Origin: Bacilli bacterium
GTDB taxonomy: Bacteria > Bacillota_I > Bacilli_A > RFN20 > CAG-826
Assembly: GCA_017940265.1 (NCBI GenBank)
Contig: JAGAYY010000025.1
Span: 256,711-320,710 of the forward strand
Direction of reading: 5' to 3'
DNA length: 64,000 bases
Positions 42,821-51,943 of the stretch are shown in pieces. A program made the position numbers and the translations under genes. Numbering within the stretch: the stretch's first letter is position 1; every line of letters begins with the position of its first letter. The notes under the pieces are model-generated. The model saw only the letters and a list, made by a program, of their open reading frames with translations. It was not told the DNA's origin and did no database searches.

Positions 42821-44839
42821 ATGGATATAGTTAAATTAGAAAATGGAAAATCTTTAATAAGAGTTCCAGAAAATATAAGGTACATGAATGATTGGAAAGA
42901 ATTTGATTTCGATTTATTTCATGGACCTTATATTATTGACAAACAAATCCCAGGTTGCGGATTTACAGAGTATTGTCTTACTTCAGGAGATAATCTTATA
43001 CTATGTTCTCCTCGTAAGATTCTTCTAGAAAATAAAGCTAATCAACATCTAGGGGAAGTCTATTATGCTAAGAATGAGATGGAAACGGATCTTAGTATTG
43101 ATAGAGATTCTACTAAAAAGGTTAAGAAGTTATCTAGGGAAACTAAGAAAGAGGATATACATGCTGTTCTTGAAGCTATCGAAAAAATGTATAAAGGGTT
43201 GGATGAGTACATAGAAGATAGAATTAAGAATAGAAAACCTATTAAAATATTGGTTACCTATGATTCTTTCAAACATATCAAGAATTATCTTTTAAAAAGA
43301 AGTAGTCCAGAGCTAGATATCCTAGGATCATTTAAAATAGTGATAGATGAATTCCAGTCGGTTTTTGTAGATTCACACTTTAAACCAACAGTAGAATTAG
43401 ATTTTGTTAATCAACTTTTGGGGTTATCTAATAACATTTGTTTTGTCTCAGCGACTCCTATGCTAGATAAATACCTTAAGCAGGTTGATTATTTCAAGGA
43501 TCTACCATATTTTGAATTTGATTGGGAAACTTTAGATCCGGGCAGAGTTATTAAGCCTGAACTTAAGGTTAGAAAAGAAAGATCTGTTTATGGTAAAGCA
43601 GTTAATATTATTCAAGAGTACCTAGATGGGAAATTTGCTGTTCTTGCAGATCCTACCTCAGGTAAATTAGTTAAAAGTACAGAGGCCGTATTTTATGTAA
43701 ATTCTGTCTTAGGAATTATTAAGATAATAGGAAAAGCTGGTCTTACACCAGATCAGGTTAATATTTTATGTTCTAATACTCCACAAAATCAGAAGAAGAT
43801 TAGAAAAATGTTAGGCAAGGGATTTGTGATTGGTTCAGTTCCCTTGAAAGGGCAGCCACATAAGATGTTTACATTCTGTACTCGAACTGTTTACTTAGGA
43901 GCAGACTTCTACTCAATGTGTGCTAGAACCTTTATATTTAGTGATGCTAATGTGGACTCTATGGCTATTGATATTTCTCTCGACTTACCACAGATTCTAG
44001 GTCGACAGAGGCGTATAGAAAATCCATGGAAGAATCATGCAGAATTCTACTTCAAAACTATTGGAAAAACTAAAGAAGAAACTATAGAAATATTTAGTAA
44101 ACGTCTTGATGAAAAACTAAGGGAAACCTATAGACTTCTGAGAGCTTTTGAAGGAGCAGTAGAGGAAGATAAATCGGCACTATTGAGGAAATATACAAAA
44201 GATATTGCTTCATCTAATTATATGGATGATTATGTATCGATAAGTTTTGTCAATGGTGAGAAAATACCAGTTAAGAACAATCTTGTATACATCTCTGAAC
44301 AACGAGCTTATGAAATACAGCAAATAGATTATAAAGATAGATTCTCAGTTTTTAGTTCTATACAGAAAGAAGGATTGAAACTAGATAGATTAAGTAAAGC
44401 AATAGGAAGGTTAAGGGAGACTTCTATTCCTTTCTCAGCTCGACTAAAATATTTATGTGAATCTACCGAGTATTCTGATGAGGAAAAGAAAATAATAGCG
44501 CAACAAGCTTCGGAGAGCTTTGATAGATATTATAATCTCCTAGGACCTGAAAGATGTAAGGCGCTAAGATATAATATTACTGATCTTAAAAAAGAAATAG
44601 CCGATATTTCTATACCAAAAGAAAAGATAAGTCAAACTTTTCAGAGTAATTTTTTGGTTGGTGCTAGATATTCTAATGTTCAGGCTAAAGAAATTATTAG
44701 AAAAATTTATTCTGAACTTGGTATGAATAAATCACCTAAGGCAACTGACCTAAACAACTATTTTGTTTTTAAGAAAGTAAAATTTCCTGATTCAACCGGA
44801 AAAATGATAAACGGTATTGAAATTCTAGGAACTAAATAA
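42821..44839 (+). CDS. SF2 helicase-like protein, paralog 2 (Walker A Lys replaced)
   Basis: PGCGFTEY, CSPRKILLEN, VIDEFQS, VSATP, QILGRQR. Collinear with 14547-16589. The track start at 42773 is a TTG inside a hairpin. Confidence 0.8.
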   Translation: MDIVKLENGKSLIRVPENIRYMNDWKEFDFDLFHGPYIIDKQIPGCGFTEYCLTSGDNLILCSPRKILLENKANQHLGEVYYAKNEMETDLSIDRDSTKKVKKLSRETKKEDIHAVLEAIEKMYKGLDEYIEDRIKNRKPIKILVTYDSFKHIKNYLLKRSSPELDILGSFKIVIDEFQSVFVDSHFKPTVELDFVNQLLGLSNNICFVSATPMLDKYLKQVDYFKDLPYFEFDWETLDPGRVIKPELKVRKERSVYGKAVNIIQEYLDGKFAVLADPTSGKLVKSTEAVFYVNSVLGIIKIIGKAGLTPDQVNILCSNTPQNQKKIRKMLGKGFVIGSVPLKGQPHKMFTFCTRTVYLGADFYSMCARTFIFSDANVDSMAIDISLDLPQILGRQRRIENPWKNHAEFYFKTIGKTKEETIEIFSKRLDEKLRETYRLLRAFEGAVEEDKSALLRKYTKDIASSNYMDDYVSISFVNGEKIPVKNNLVYISEQRAYEIQQIDYKDRFSVFSSIQKEGLKLDRLSKAIGRLRETSIPFSARLKYLCESTEYSDEEKKIIAQQASESFDRYYNLLGPERCKALRYNITDLKKEIADISIPKEKISQTFQSNFLVGARYSNVQAKEIIRKIYSELGMNKSPKATDLNNYFVFKKVKFPDSTGKMINGIEILGTK

Positions 44840-45005
44840 ACAAGAATATTGTCTATCCCGAAAGGGCTGGGCAATATTTCTTTTAACCATGTACAAAATA
44901 TGAAAAGAAATTTTTGGGGCACAAGACCGGGTAGTGCTCGCAGAATAATTAAGAAACCCAAATCCCCGGCTATCAAAGATTCTGGGGTATTAATGTCTAT
45001 TGATT

Positions 45006-45524
45006 ATGAAGGTAATACGACAAAATAAGGTTATTATCGATGCTCTTAAGGGGATTGATACAACGAAAATTAACTTGGATGATCGAGAATTTCATTTTAT
45101 AGACGAAGTAACTCAGGGGCCAGGTTATACTAAGGTTTGTATTTCTGGTGGTCTTAATGGAAGAGGTATCTGGTCTAACTATTTCGAAGTCCTGGCTAAA
45201 GTTATGTTTCAGATAGAACTTAGGTTTCCTGACGCTTTTGTTGTATCACTGGAGAATGATACTGCGGATGATATTTTCTATCTCTACATAGGTATTCCGA
45301 ATGATAATGAGGAACGTATTTTCTCTAAGGCATCCGGACGAGAAACGGTACCTGACTCTATCGTTAAGAAAGTTAAAGCAGGTGAAGGAGTAATTCATCA
45401 GTATAAAGGAAAATGGAGAATTGTTAGTATGAAAACTAACCCTCCCACTTTTTGGAACGCTGAGTATGAGACTAGGGAAAAAGCTGAATCTGCGCTTAAA
45501 GCATATCAAGCAAATAAAAGATGA
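45006..45524 (+). CDS. hypothetical protein
   Basis: ATG 45006 (MKVIRQNKV..); the track start at 45000 is a TTG. Confidence 0.65.
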   Translation: MKVIRQNKVIIDALKGIDTTKINLDDREFHFIDEVTQGPGYTKVCISGGLNGRGIWSNYFEVLAKVMFQIELRFPDAFVVSLENDTADDIFYLYIGIPNDNEERIFSKASGRETVPDSIVKKVKAGEGVIHQYKGKWRIVSMKTNPPTFWNAEYETREKAESALKAYQANKR

Positions 45525-46882
45525 TAACATTTAAAGAAAAAACAACAGATCTCCTAGACGAAAAAGACTTCCTCCCTAAGGCTATAGATAGTTTTTTCAA
45601 GTTTAGGGGAAGGGAATTGTACTCAGAACCAATCTCCTCTACAAAGCCGTCGGGAACAAAATTGGCCGGACTCTCTAAGGGCAAATTTTCTACTCCGGAG
45701 GTTAAGGGGATAATTAAGGAAGTAACTATAATACATCCAGCTTCTCACCGTGAATATAAGGCTTCGGAGTTTGTGTATACAGGAAAACCAAAGGACTCTA
45801 CTCTTGATTTAGGTTTCAAGGTATCGGTGAAAGAAGGCTTAATAGTACCTGAAGAATTTGAATACTATAATTTCCTGATGTACACTTTAGGAAAATACAC
45901 AGGAGATTATGACTACAAATTTGTTATGGTGGGCTCTAATCCCCCTAAGCCAATTATCACTATTCCAAACTCAAAGACTGGATGGATAAATCTAGTAAGG
46001 GCATTGACTGAATTTTGTGTTTCCCTTAAGTTATTCTTCGGGATTAAGTATTATGTTTGGTTAGTCCCCGAGGAAGTTCCAGAAGCAAAGAATTTCTCAG
46101 GACTTGCATCTTTTATACCTACTCTTACTTCACTGGTCTATAAAACAATAGTACTCCCTATCCTTAAAAAACGTGTAGCTCTTAAGTGGGAAAAATCATT
46201 AACTACTAAATACTCTTCTTCTCTTCTCCCTAAGCTTCTCAAGAAAATAAAAGGAGATTGGGGAGATAAACTGATATTAGGGGATTGTACGCAGCAGTCA
46301 TATTATCTCAACCTAACTAAAGGAAAACAAGCAGCAGAGGTTAGGAAGGTATTTACGAACAAGAAATTCCTAGAAGATGAAGGGATAGATCCAGAGAGAA
46401 GAAGATGTCCAGTTGATTGGTGGGCATTTGCAGCTTCGAAAGAAAAAGATCTGATAATGATTTCTGACCTAGATCCTGTTCCTGCTATTTTCCATGAGGT
46501 TGGACATTTCTTAGCTAACAATGAAAATCTATTAGGTCCCATTCAGAGAGCTTCCCATCGTGGAGTATTCAGTGATGGATTCGTTTCACTAGCCTCATTT
46601 CTTTTAGGTACTGGAGGGGGTATAGCTGGAAGCCCGGTAGGAGAAATATCAGGGTGGGTAGTTTCTATACTTCTTAAGTTCCCTACCTTGTGCACAGAAT
46701 TTATGGCTTCGTGGTATGGACTCCAGCTTATGAAGTCGTTAGGTGCTACTGATAAGGACCTGACAGAAGCTAAGTATGCATTTAAGACAGCATTCTCTAC
46801 TTATGTACTATCTGCCTTAGGAAAAGCTGGCAATTCTGGATATGGTCGTCTATTAGGTGAAGGAATTAAACGATATAAATAA
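45521..46882 (+). CDS. leader-bearing HExxH zinc metalloprotease with C-terminal membrane segments
   Basis: MITFKEKT..; PAIFHEVGHFLA; hydrophobic LASFLLGTGGGIAGSPVGEISGWVVSILL. Confidence 0.7.
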   Translation: MITFKEKTTDLLDEKDFLPKAIDSFFKFRGRELYSEPISSTKPSGTKLAGLSKGKFSTPEVKGIIKEVTIIHPASHREYKASEFVYTGKPKDSTLDLGFKVSVKEGLIVPEEFEYYNFLMYTLGKYTGDYDYKFVMVGSNPPKPIITIPNSKTGWINLVRALTEFCVSLKLFFGIKYYVWLVPEEVPEAKNFSGLASFIPTLTSLVYKTIVLPILKKRVALKWEKSLTTKYSSSLLPKLLKKIKGDWGDKLILGDCTQQSYYLNLTKGKQAAEVRKVFTNKKFLEDEGIDPERRRCPVDWWAFAASKEKDLIMISDLDPVPAIFHEVGHFLANNENLLGPIQRASHRGVFSDGFVSLASFLLGTGGGIAGSPVGEISGWVVSILLKFPTLCTEFMASWYGLQLMKSLGATDKDLTEAKYAFKTAFSTYVLSALGKAGNSGYGRLLGEGIKRYK

Positions 46883-46883
46883 T

Positions 46884-47678
46884 ATGGTTACAATCAAACA
46901 AGGAAGCAAGGGACCAGAGGTAACTCGTCTTGCTAAACTCCTCGGTCTTTCCCCAAGGACCGTATGTGATAAGGAGATGTCTGATGCTATGTGTGCCTAT
47001 CAGAAAGCTTGGGGACTCACAGCGGATGGTGTTTTTGGGTATAAATCTTGGAAACATATCTTGATCGCTGAGAGATATTCAAAAAATAAGTCTGGGAAAA
47101 TAGTTGACTCAGATTATGAATTATTTGCCTGGCTCCTGGGATGTGAGGCTATAATGATTAAAGCTTTTGTATCTGTAGAGTCTGGAGGTTCTGGTTTTCT
47201 TCCTTCTGGTAGACCTAGGATTCTTTTTGAGTCTTATCAATTCTGGAAGAACCTTAAGGCTGAAGGAATCGACCCCAACAAATATCTCCCCGAGTATTCT
47301 GACGTTATAACCACTAAATGGATCAAGAATTACAAGGGAGGTGAAGGAGAATGGACTCGGATGGAAAAAGCTAGAAAGATATCTCAGGGGGCAGCTAATA
47401 AATCAGCTTCTTGGGGTATGCTTCAGATTATGGGATTCAATTATTCTTTATGTGCCGAACCCTCTATTACTAAATTTGTTGAGGATATGGGAAAAGACGA
47501 ATTCACACAACTTAGCCTGGGAATTGAATTTATGAGATCGGCAGGAATAGTTCCATACATGATCTCTAAAGATTTCACTAAGCTAGCTAAGAAGTATAAT
47601 GGTCCGGGTTATGCTGCCAACAAGTACGATTTGAAGCTTAAAAACGCATATTACAGCCTAAAATCGAAGAAAAACTAG
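46884..47678 (+). CDS. peptidoglycan-binding domain + N-acetylmuramidase (DUF3380-type)
   Basis: PG_binding_1-like KQGSKGPEVTRLAKLLGL..YQKAWGLTADGVFG. Muramidase blocks VSVESGGSGF, ILFESYQFW, SWGMLQIMGFNY, KYNGPGYAANKYD. Confidence 0.85.
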   Translation: MVTIKQGSKGPEVTRLAKLLGLSPRTVCDKEMSDAMCAYQKAWGLTADGVFGYKSWKHILIAERYSKNKSGKIVDSDYELFAWLLGCEAIMIKAFVSVESGGSGFLPSGRPRILFESYQFWKNLKAEGIDPNKYLPEYSDVITTKWIKNYKGGEGEWTRMEKARKISQGAANKSASWGMLQIMGFNYSLCAEPSITKFVEDMGKDEFTQLSLGIEFMRSAGIVPYMISKDFTKLAKKYNGPGYAANKYDLKLKNAYYSLKSKKN

Positions 47679-47710
47679 TTATTTTGGCATATTAACTGTC
47701 ATTTTGGCCG

Positions 47711-47773
47711 AAAAATCCCAAAAAATCATCAAAAATTTGTCGGATACCCTTATACCATGAAGTTAAACATCGA
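47711..47773 (+). promoter_or_regulatory. conserved intergenic element, copy 2
   Basis: AAAAATCCCAAAAAATC..AAAAATTTGTCGGATACCCTTATACCATGAAGT; about 80% identical to 29356-29417; directly upstream of the portal gene. Confidence 0.5.
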
Positions 47774-47826
47774 TATTTTCCTCCTTCCCCGAGTAATATC
47801 GATTCTATAAATTGAAATTATTACTT

Positions 47827-49488
47827 ATGAAGAAGAGTGAAAATATGATTCAAAAGATGTTCGGATCATTCGCAATCGGATCAAGTCGTGTACCAATCCG
47901 AAGTAATGTATATCGAACAGGTGGAGGGTATTCGGCAATTGGCGGAACTGGTGGAGCGTCGATTTTCGATAGCTTTGACAGAAAATCTCCACTTCTCGGA
48001 AATGCTAGTCCGAGTAATCGTATCTCTGGGTATATCGATCGAATTGGAGAGCTCAAGGGATACCAACTTTTAGATATCTCGAAGCTTGCAACTAATTTCT
48101 TCGCCGACTATGTAACGAATTTCTTAGTCGATGGAAATGGACAGCAACTCGTGACTATATTAAATGAAGAGGATGATTCAACCGACGAACAGGTGACTGA
48201 GCGTATTAACAACATCCTCTCGAAAGACCTGAAAATTCTAGACTGGATTCGAGATCACTTACAGGATTATATATTCTATGGTGAGTACTTCGGAATGTTA
48301 CAGAAATCTCAGGATGAAACTGGTCATACGAAGTTCAGAATTGAGGAACTGCATGACCCGATTTGTGTAATTACCAAGAAAAAGCGCAATTCTGATGGTG
48401 AGATGGAAGAAACTTATCTTGCCAGAGGTGAAGATGGTGGTATTTACGAGATTCCAAGAAATGAGATCGTCTATATTGCCTCTCAGAACTTGCGCTTAAT
48501 AAATGACCTCTCTGACGAATGGAAAGAGAATGAGAAGAAACAGAAAAAACTAATCCTTAAGGGTGAGAGCAATCGAGATAAGGTACTTAAGTCAGAATCT
48601 TATATGACCTCTGAACCTCTCCTGTATGCTCTAATCCTGAAGGTTAAGGAGTTAGTTATTAAAGAGTTATTAGTTAGCCTGATCTCTCTTCGTGACTTAT
48701 CTTCAGTACAAATTTTTCTCCTTCAGTTCGATAAATCCATTCCCCTAGAAAGTGCTAATGAATTATGTGCTAGAGCCACTAAGTTAGCTAATAATACAAA
48801 CGAACTTGGTAGCTTTCTGTCCAGTCAATTTGATGTGATTTCCTTTATTGAAAACACCTTGACCCAGAGTGCTAAATTCGTTCCTGACTATAACTCTACT
48901 CTGGGAGGTAAGAATTCAATGCTCCCCTTAGATAAGCTCACTGATAAACTCTTAGATATTATGCAGACCCTTGATCAATGTAAGGGTAATATCTTAGGTC
49001 CCCTTGGTCTTCCTACTACTATGATGGATTCAACCTCTGGTAATAAATGGCAAGTCCTTCAACAATCAGAACGTGCTAATTCAAGAGTTACCGGATTTAT
49101 GTCAGGGATTAAGGATTCTATGATTTCCTTAGTTTGCACGATCTATCGAACCCTGTATAATGATGAACTTGATCCTGGACTTATTAAACTTCATATCGCT
49201 GAGAAAACGAGCGTAGAGTATAATAATCAGATCAACCAATCAGAATCAGTAAGTGGTTTAGTTCAGGGTATAACTGGTATTGTTCAGAATGCAATTCAGA
49301 CTCTTGAAACTGCTGCCCCACTCATTGATGGAAAAGCGTTCTTGAGTTATATTCAGACACTTATCAAGAACATAGACTCTAATACCGGTGACTTAATAAC
49401 AGAGGAATCACTAGAATCATACCTTAAGTTATTACAGGCTAAGGTTGACTCACAGTACGAACAATTAGGATTAACACCAGATGAATAA
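47827..49488 (+). CDS. putative portal protein
   Basis: About 550 aa. First gene of a T4-like head module (portal, small proteins, protease, scaffold, MCP). Called from position and size only. Alternative start at 47845 gives MIQKMFG, which matches the leader. The track start at 47812 is a TTG. Confidence 0.55.
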   Translation: MKKSENMIQKMFGSFAIGSSRVPIRSNVYRTGGGYSAIGGTGGASIFDSFDRKSPLLGNASPSNRISGYIDRIGELKGYQLLDISKLATNFFADYVTNFLVDGNGQQLVTILNEEDDSTDEQVTERINNILSKDLKILDWIRDHLQDYIFYGEYFGMLQKSQDETGHTKFRIEELHDPICVITKKKRNSDGEMEETYLARGEDGGIYEIPRNEIVYIASQNLRLINDLSDEWKENEKKQKKLILKGESNRDKVLKSESYMTSEPLLYALILKVKELVIKELLVSLISLRDLSSVQIFLLQFDKSIPLESANELCARATKLANNTNELGSFLSSQFDVISFIENTLTQSAKFVPDYNSTLGGKNSMLPLDKLTDKLLDIMQTLDQCKGNILGPLGLPTTMMDSTSGNKWQVLQQSERANSRVTGFMSGIKDSMISLVCTIYRTLYNDELDPGLIKLHIAEKTSVEYNNQINQSESVSGLVQGITGIVQNAIQTLETAAPLIDGKAFLSYIQTLIKNIDSNTGDLITEESLESYLKLLQAKVDSQYEQLGLTPDE

Positions 49489-49729
49489 AGAAAAACATGG
49501 ACAAGCCGTAGGAGTAGCAACAACTTTAACAGGAGCGGGACTTATGGCTGCAGGAAAACTCGCTGGCGCAAAGAAATTCCAAGAATATGCTGGTGAGGGT
49601 ATTAAGAAACATGCTAAGACCTTAAAAGTAGCCGGTCCTATTCTCACAGCTGGGGGAATTGGATTGACTGGGGTTAGTACTTATAAACTCAAGAGAAAGA
49701 AGAAAGATGATAGTTCTGAGAAGAAGTAA
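49481..49729 (+). CDS. small Gly/Ala-rich (glycine-zipper-like) protein
   Basis: VGVATTLTGAGLMAAGKLAGA..LTAGGIGLTGV. Confidence 0.6.
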   Translation: MNKEKHGQAVGVATTLTGAGLMAAGKLAGAKKFQEYAGEGIKKHAKTLKVAGPILTAGGIGLTGVSTYKLKRKKKDDSSEKK

Positions 49730-50036
49730 ATCATTCTCCTCTCCTGAACAATCCCAAGAAGTTACATCTCGTGATCTTTTGGTCGAGCAAATGAAACAGC
49801 AACGTCAATTACTTCAGACTCAGAGGTTGCGCGAAAAATTACAGGCTCAAGAACGGCGCGACATGATGAAAAATCTTAGGGAGGCTCAGAAGGATAGTGA
49901 CGAAGACAAGAACGACCAGATGAAAAATCAGGTTAAGATAAACAAGATACAAGCAGAACAGAATGATGGCGCCAAAAATGTAAGCCTGTATAAAACTCGC
50001 GCAAAAACTGTTCCCCCTGTATCAATGAAAGTCTAA
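49707..50036 (+). CDS. leader-bearing basic coiled-coil protein
   Basis: MIVLRRSKSFS. Confidence 0.6.
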   Translation: MIVLRRSKSFSSPEQSQEVTSRDLLVEQMKQQRQLLQTQRLREKLQAQERRDMMKNLREAQKDSDEDKNDQMKNQVKINKIQAEQNDGAKNVSLYKTRAKTVPPVSMKV

Positions 50037-50043
50037 AGAAAAT

Positions 50044-50139
50044 ATGGAACTGAAAGAGAAAACATTTACCAAGGAAGTTGAGAATGGACCACAGGAAACC
50101 GATGAGTCCAAAATCTATAATCCACTCCGCCCATGGTAA
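50044..50139 (+). CDS. possible 31-aa leader-bearing peptide (below ORF-track cutoff)
   Basis: Own translation MELKEKTFTKEVENGPQETDESKIYNPLRPW*; its stop overlaps the next ATG. Confidence 0.3.
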   Translation: MELKEKTFTKEVENGPQETDESKIYNPLRPW

Positions 50140-50324
50140 TCAAGCGTAAAAAGAAGAAAGTATCGGGCGAAGAACTACGTGATGTTCTCTCCGATCATGT
50201 CCTGGAACCTACCACCGACGTACTTAATAAGGTCGAAGAATCTAAGGTAGGTCAAGTAGCACCCGTCAAGAAAAAGACGAGGATGGTACGAAACTTTATT
50301 ACTGGAGTCAAGGCATACTCCTGA
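50133..50324 (+). CDS. leader-bearing small protein
   Basis: MVIKRKKKKVS. Confidence 0.5.
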   Translation: MVIKRKKKKVSGEELRDVLSDHVLEPTTDVLNKVEESKVGQVAPVKKKTRMVRNFITGVKAYS

Positions 50325-50338
50325 TAAAAGAAACAATT

Positions 50339-50650
50339 ATGTATATACGTAGAAAAGCATTCTCAGTAGCAACGATTGATGGTGAGGAAAAGTTATTCTC
50401 TACTAAGGATCGTGCCAAGAAAGCAGCTGAAGGAACTGCCGTAGCTGGTGGTGTAGCTGCTGTTGGTCTTGCTGGTGCTCATAAACTGGGTGATAAGATT
50501 AAGAATAAGATTGCCAAAGAAACTGAAGAAGCTGGTTATAAATCAAGAAAGAATCAGAAACTTGAGAAGGTAGCCGAAAAACTTCAGAAACCAGGTGAAA
50601 AAGTATCTAAAGGTCTTGCCAAGGTTCTTAAGAGAGTTACTAAGCGATAA
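50339..50650 (+). CDS. leader-bearing Gly/Ala-rich protein
   Basis: MYIRRKAFS..EEKLFS..; GTAVAGGVAAVGLAGA. Confidence 0.65.
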   Translation: MYIRRKAFSVATIDGEEKLFSTKDRAKKAAEGTAVAGGVAAVGLAGAHKLGDKIKNKIAKETEEAGYKSRKNQKLEKVAEKLQKPGEKVSKGLAKVLKRVTKR

Positions 50651-50660
50651 ACACCTATAA

Positions 50661-50706
50661 TCCTAGGGAGAACATAATGGTTCTATGATTCGATTCAACC
50701 CTAGGA
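50661..50706 (+). promoter_or_regulatory. late-region hairpin element S4 (divergent copy)
   Basis: 8-bp stem TCCTAGGG/CCCTAGGA. The loop ends in CTA-TGA-TTCGAT-TCA, so the 3-bp mini-stem flanking TTCGAT covaries with CTC..GAG of S1-S3. Confidence 0.4.
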
Positions 50707-50722
50707 ACTAATTACACAAAAA

Positions 50723-50977
50723 ATGCCTATGGAAAAACTAAAAGAAATTTGGCACAAGATCCTAGCCTACATCTATGATATGGAGTATGGAGTTGGCAAG
50801 ACCCATTACATCATACTTAGCGTATTCATAGGTTTTCTGTTTGGGGCTTGTCCTGTAGTAGCTTTCATGCTCGGATACAATTACGAGCGATCAAAGGAAG
50901 GTAAGGCTGATATAAAATCTGCCCTAACCTATTTTGCAGCAGCCTTTGTAGGTTGTTTTGTTAGACACATAATCTGA
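50723..50977 (+). CDS. small membrane protein
   Basis: 84 aa, two hydrophobic helices. Confidence 0.6.
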   Translation: MPMEKLKEIWHKILAYIYDMEYGVGKTHYIILSVFIGFLFGACPVVAFMLGYNYERSKEGKADIKSALTYFAAAFVGCFVRHII

Positions 50978-51063
50978 GGTACTGGGGAGGGGAGAACAAA
51001 ACCTATTCTCTCTCTTCATCAGTTTTCCCCTACCCTATCCTCATTTCAAAAACTAAAACCAAT

Positions 51064-51741
51064 ATGATACACTCAAGTGACCCATTTAATGATCCAGAGT
51101 TCAAGAAACAGATCCTGGCGGGTGAAGGCGTGGATCAATTGGACGATGATAATGTTGAGGACGAAATTAAAGGTATGTTAACTAATGCCCCTGTCCTCCC
51201 CAGTAGCGCAAAAAATATAATCCTAGACTCTTCTGCAATCGTTAAATCAGAGAAAGACAAGAAGGCAGCTGAATTTAATCTTGCTCTTAATTCGATTATT
51301 ACCCGATACAATGAGGAGTACGGAACCGACATAAATATAGATTTCGGAAATATCTCTAATACTTTGGTGGCTGTTTCAGATCCCGAGAAGAGAAAAGTTT
51401 TAGAGTTATATGTATCCGAAGTCTTCAAATCAATAAAACCTATTCTCTTACTACATCTCCTAAATAGGTTAGTCCTGTGTTTAGATTATATCTTAGATCC
51501 GAAGAGAATGTTATCGGGCAATGAACTTAGTCTTCCCGATATGTTCTTAGCGGTAGAAAAACTCCAGGGCTACATATTAAACCTGCAAGAGATAATCGAA
51601 ACCAGTACTATCAAAGATTCTGATGCTATCCTTGAGAAGATTGCATCCGATAAAGACGACTCTACCATAAATTCGCCCGAGTCTAAGAAAGTAGTGGATG
51701 AATTTATGCAGCTCTTTAAGAGAGATCAGGGAATAGAATAA
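51064..51741 (+). CDS. hypothetical head-module protein
   Basis: 225-aa acidic ORF between the portal and the protease. Confidence 0.65.
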   Translation: MIHSSDPFNDPEFKKQILAGEGVDQLDDDNVEDEIKGMLTNAPVLPSSAKNIILDSSAIVKSEKDKKAAEFNLALNSIITRYNEEYGTDINIDFGNISNTLVAVSDPEKRKVLELYVSEVFKSIKPILLLHLLNRLVLCLDYILDPKRMLSGNELSLPDMFLAVEKLQGYILNLQEIIETSTIKDSDAILEKIASDKDDSTINSPESKKVVDEFMQLFKRDQGIE

Positions 51742-51821
51742 GATATAGACCAACTTCTGTCATAAATCATATATTTTGCCGCGTCCCCGAGTTGCGATAA
51801 CTAGGGGTCGAAACCTTAAAA

Positions 51822-51874
51822 GTCTTGGAGTGAATCTGTAATATGGACTCTACTCTTCGATGAGGCTCCAAGAC
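51822..51874 (+). promoter_or_regulatory. late-region hairpin element S3
   Basis: 9-bp stem GTCTTGGAG/CTCCAAGAC closing a loop that ends in CTACTCTTCGATGAG; upstream of the protease-scaffold-MCP genes. Confidence 0.6.
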
Positions 51875-51943
51875 CTAATTCAATATCAAACAGAATGCTC
51901 ATTAAACTGTGAGCTGATTTTTAACTTAATAAATAATTAATTT

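Noticed and set aside
51800-51874. Hammerhead ribozyme hypothesis for the ..CGATGAG.. core (with GTCGAAAC upstream in S3)
   Set aside because: The invariant hammerhead core is CUGAUGA. The conserved sequence here is UUCGAUGAG. The GAAAC box is present only in S3, and the helix arrangement does not fit types I-III.
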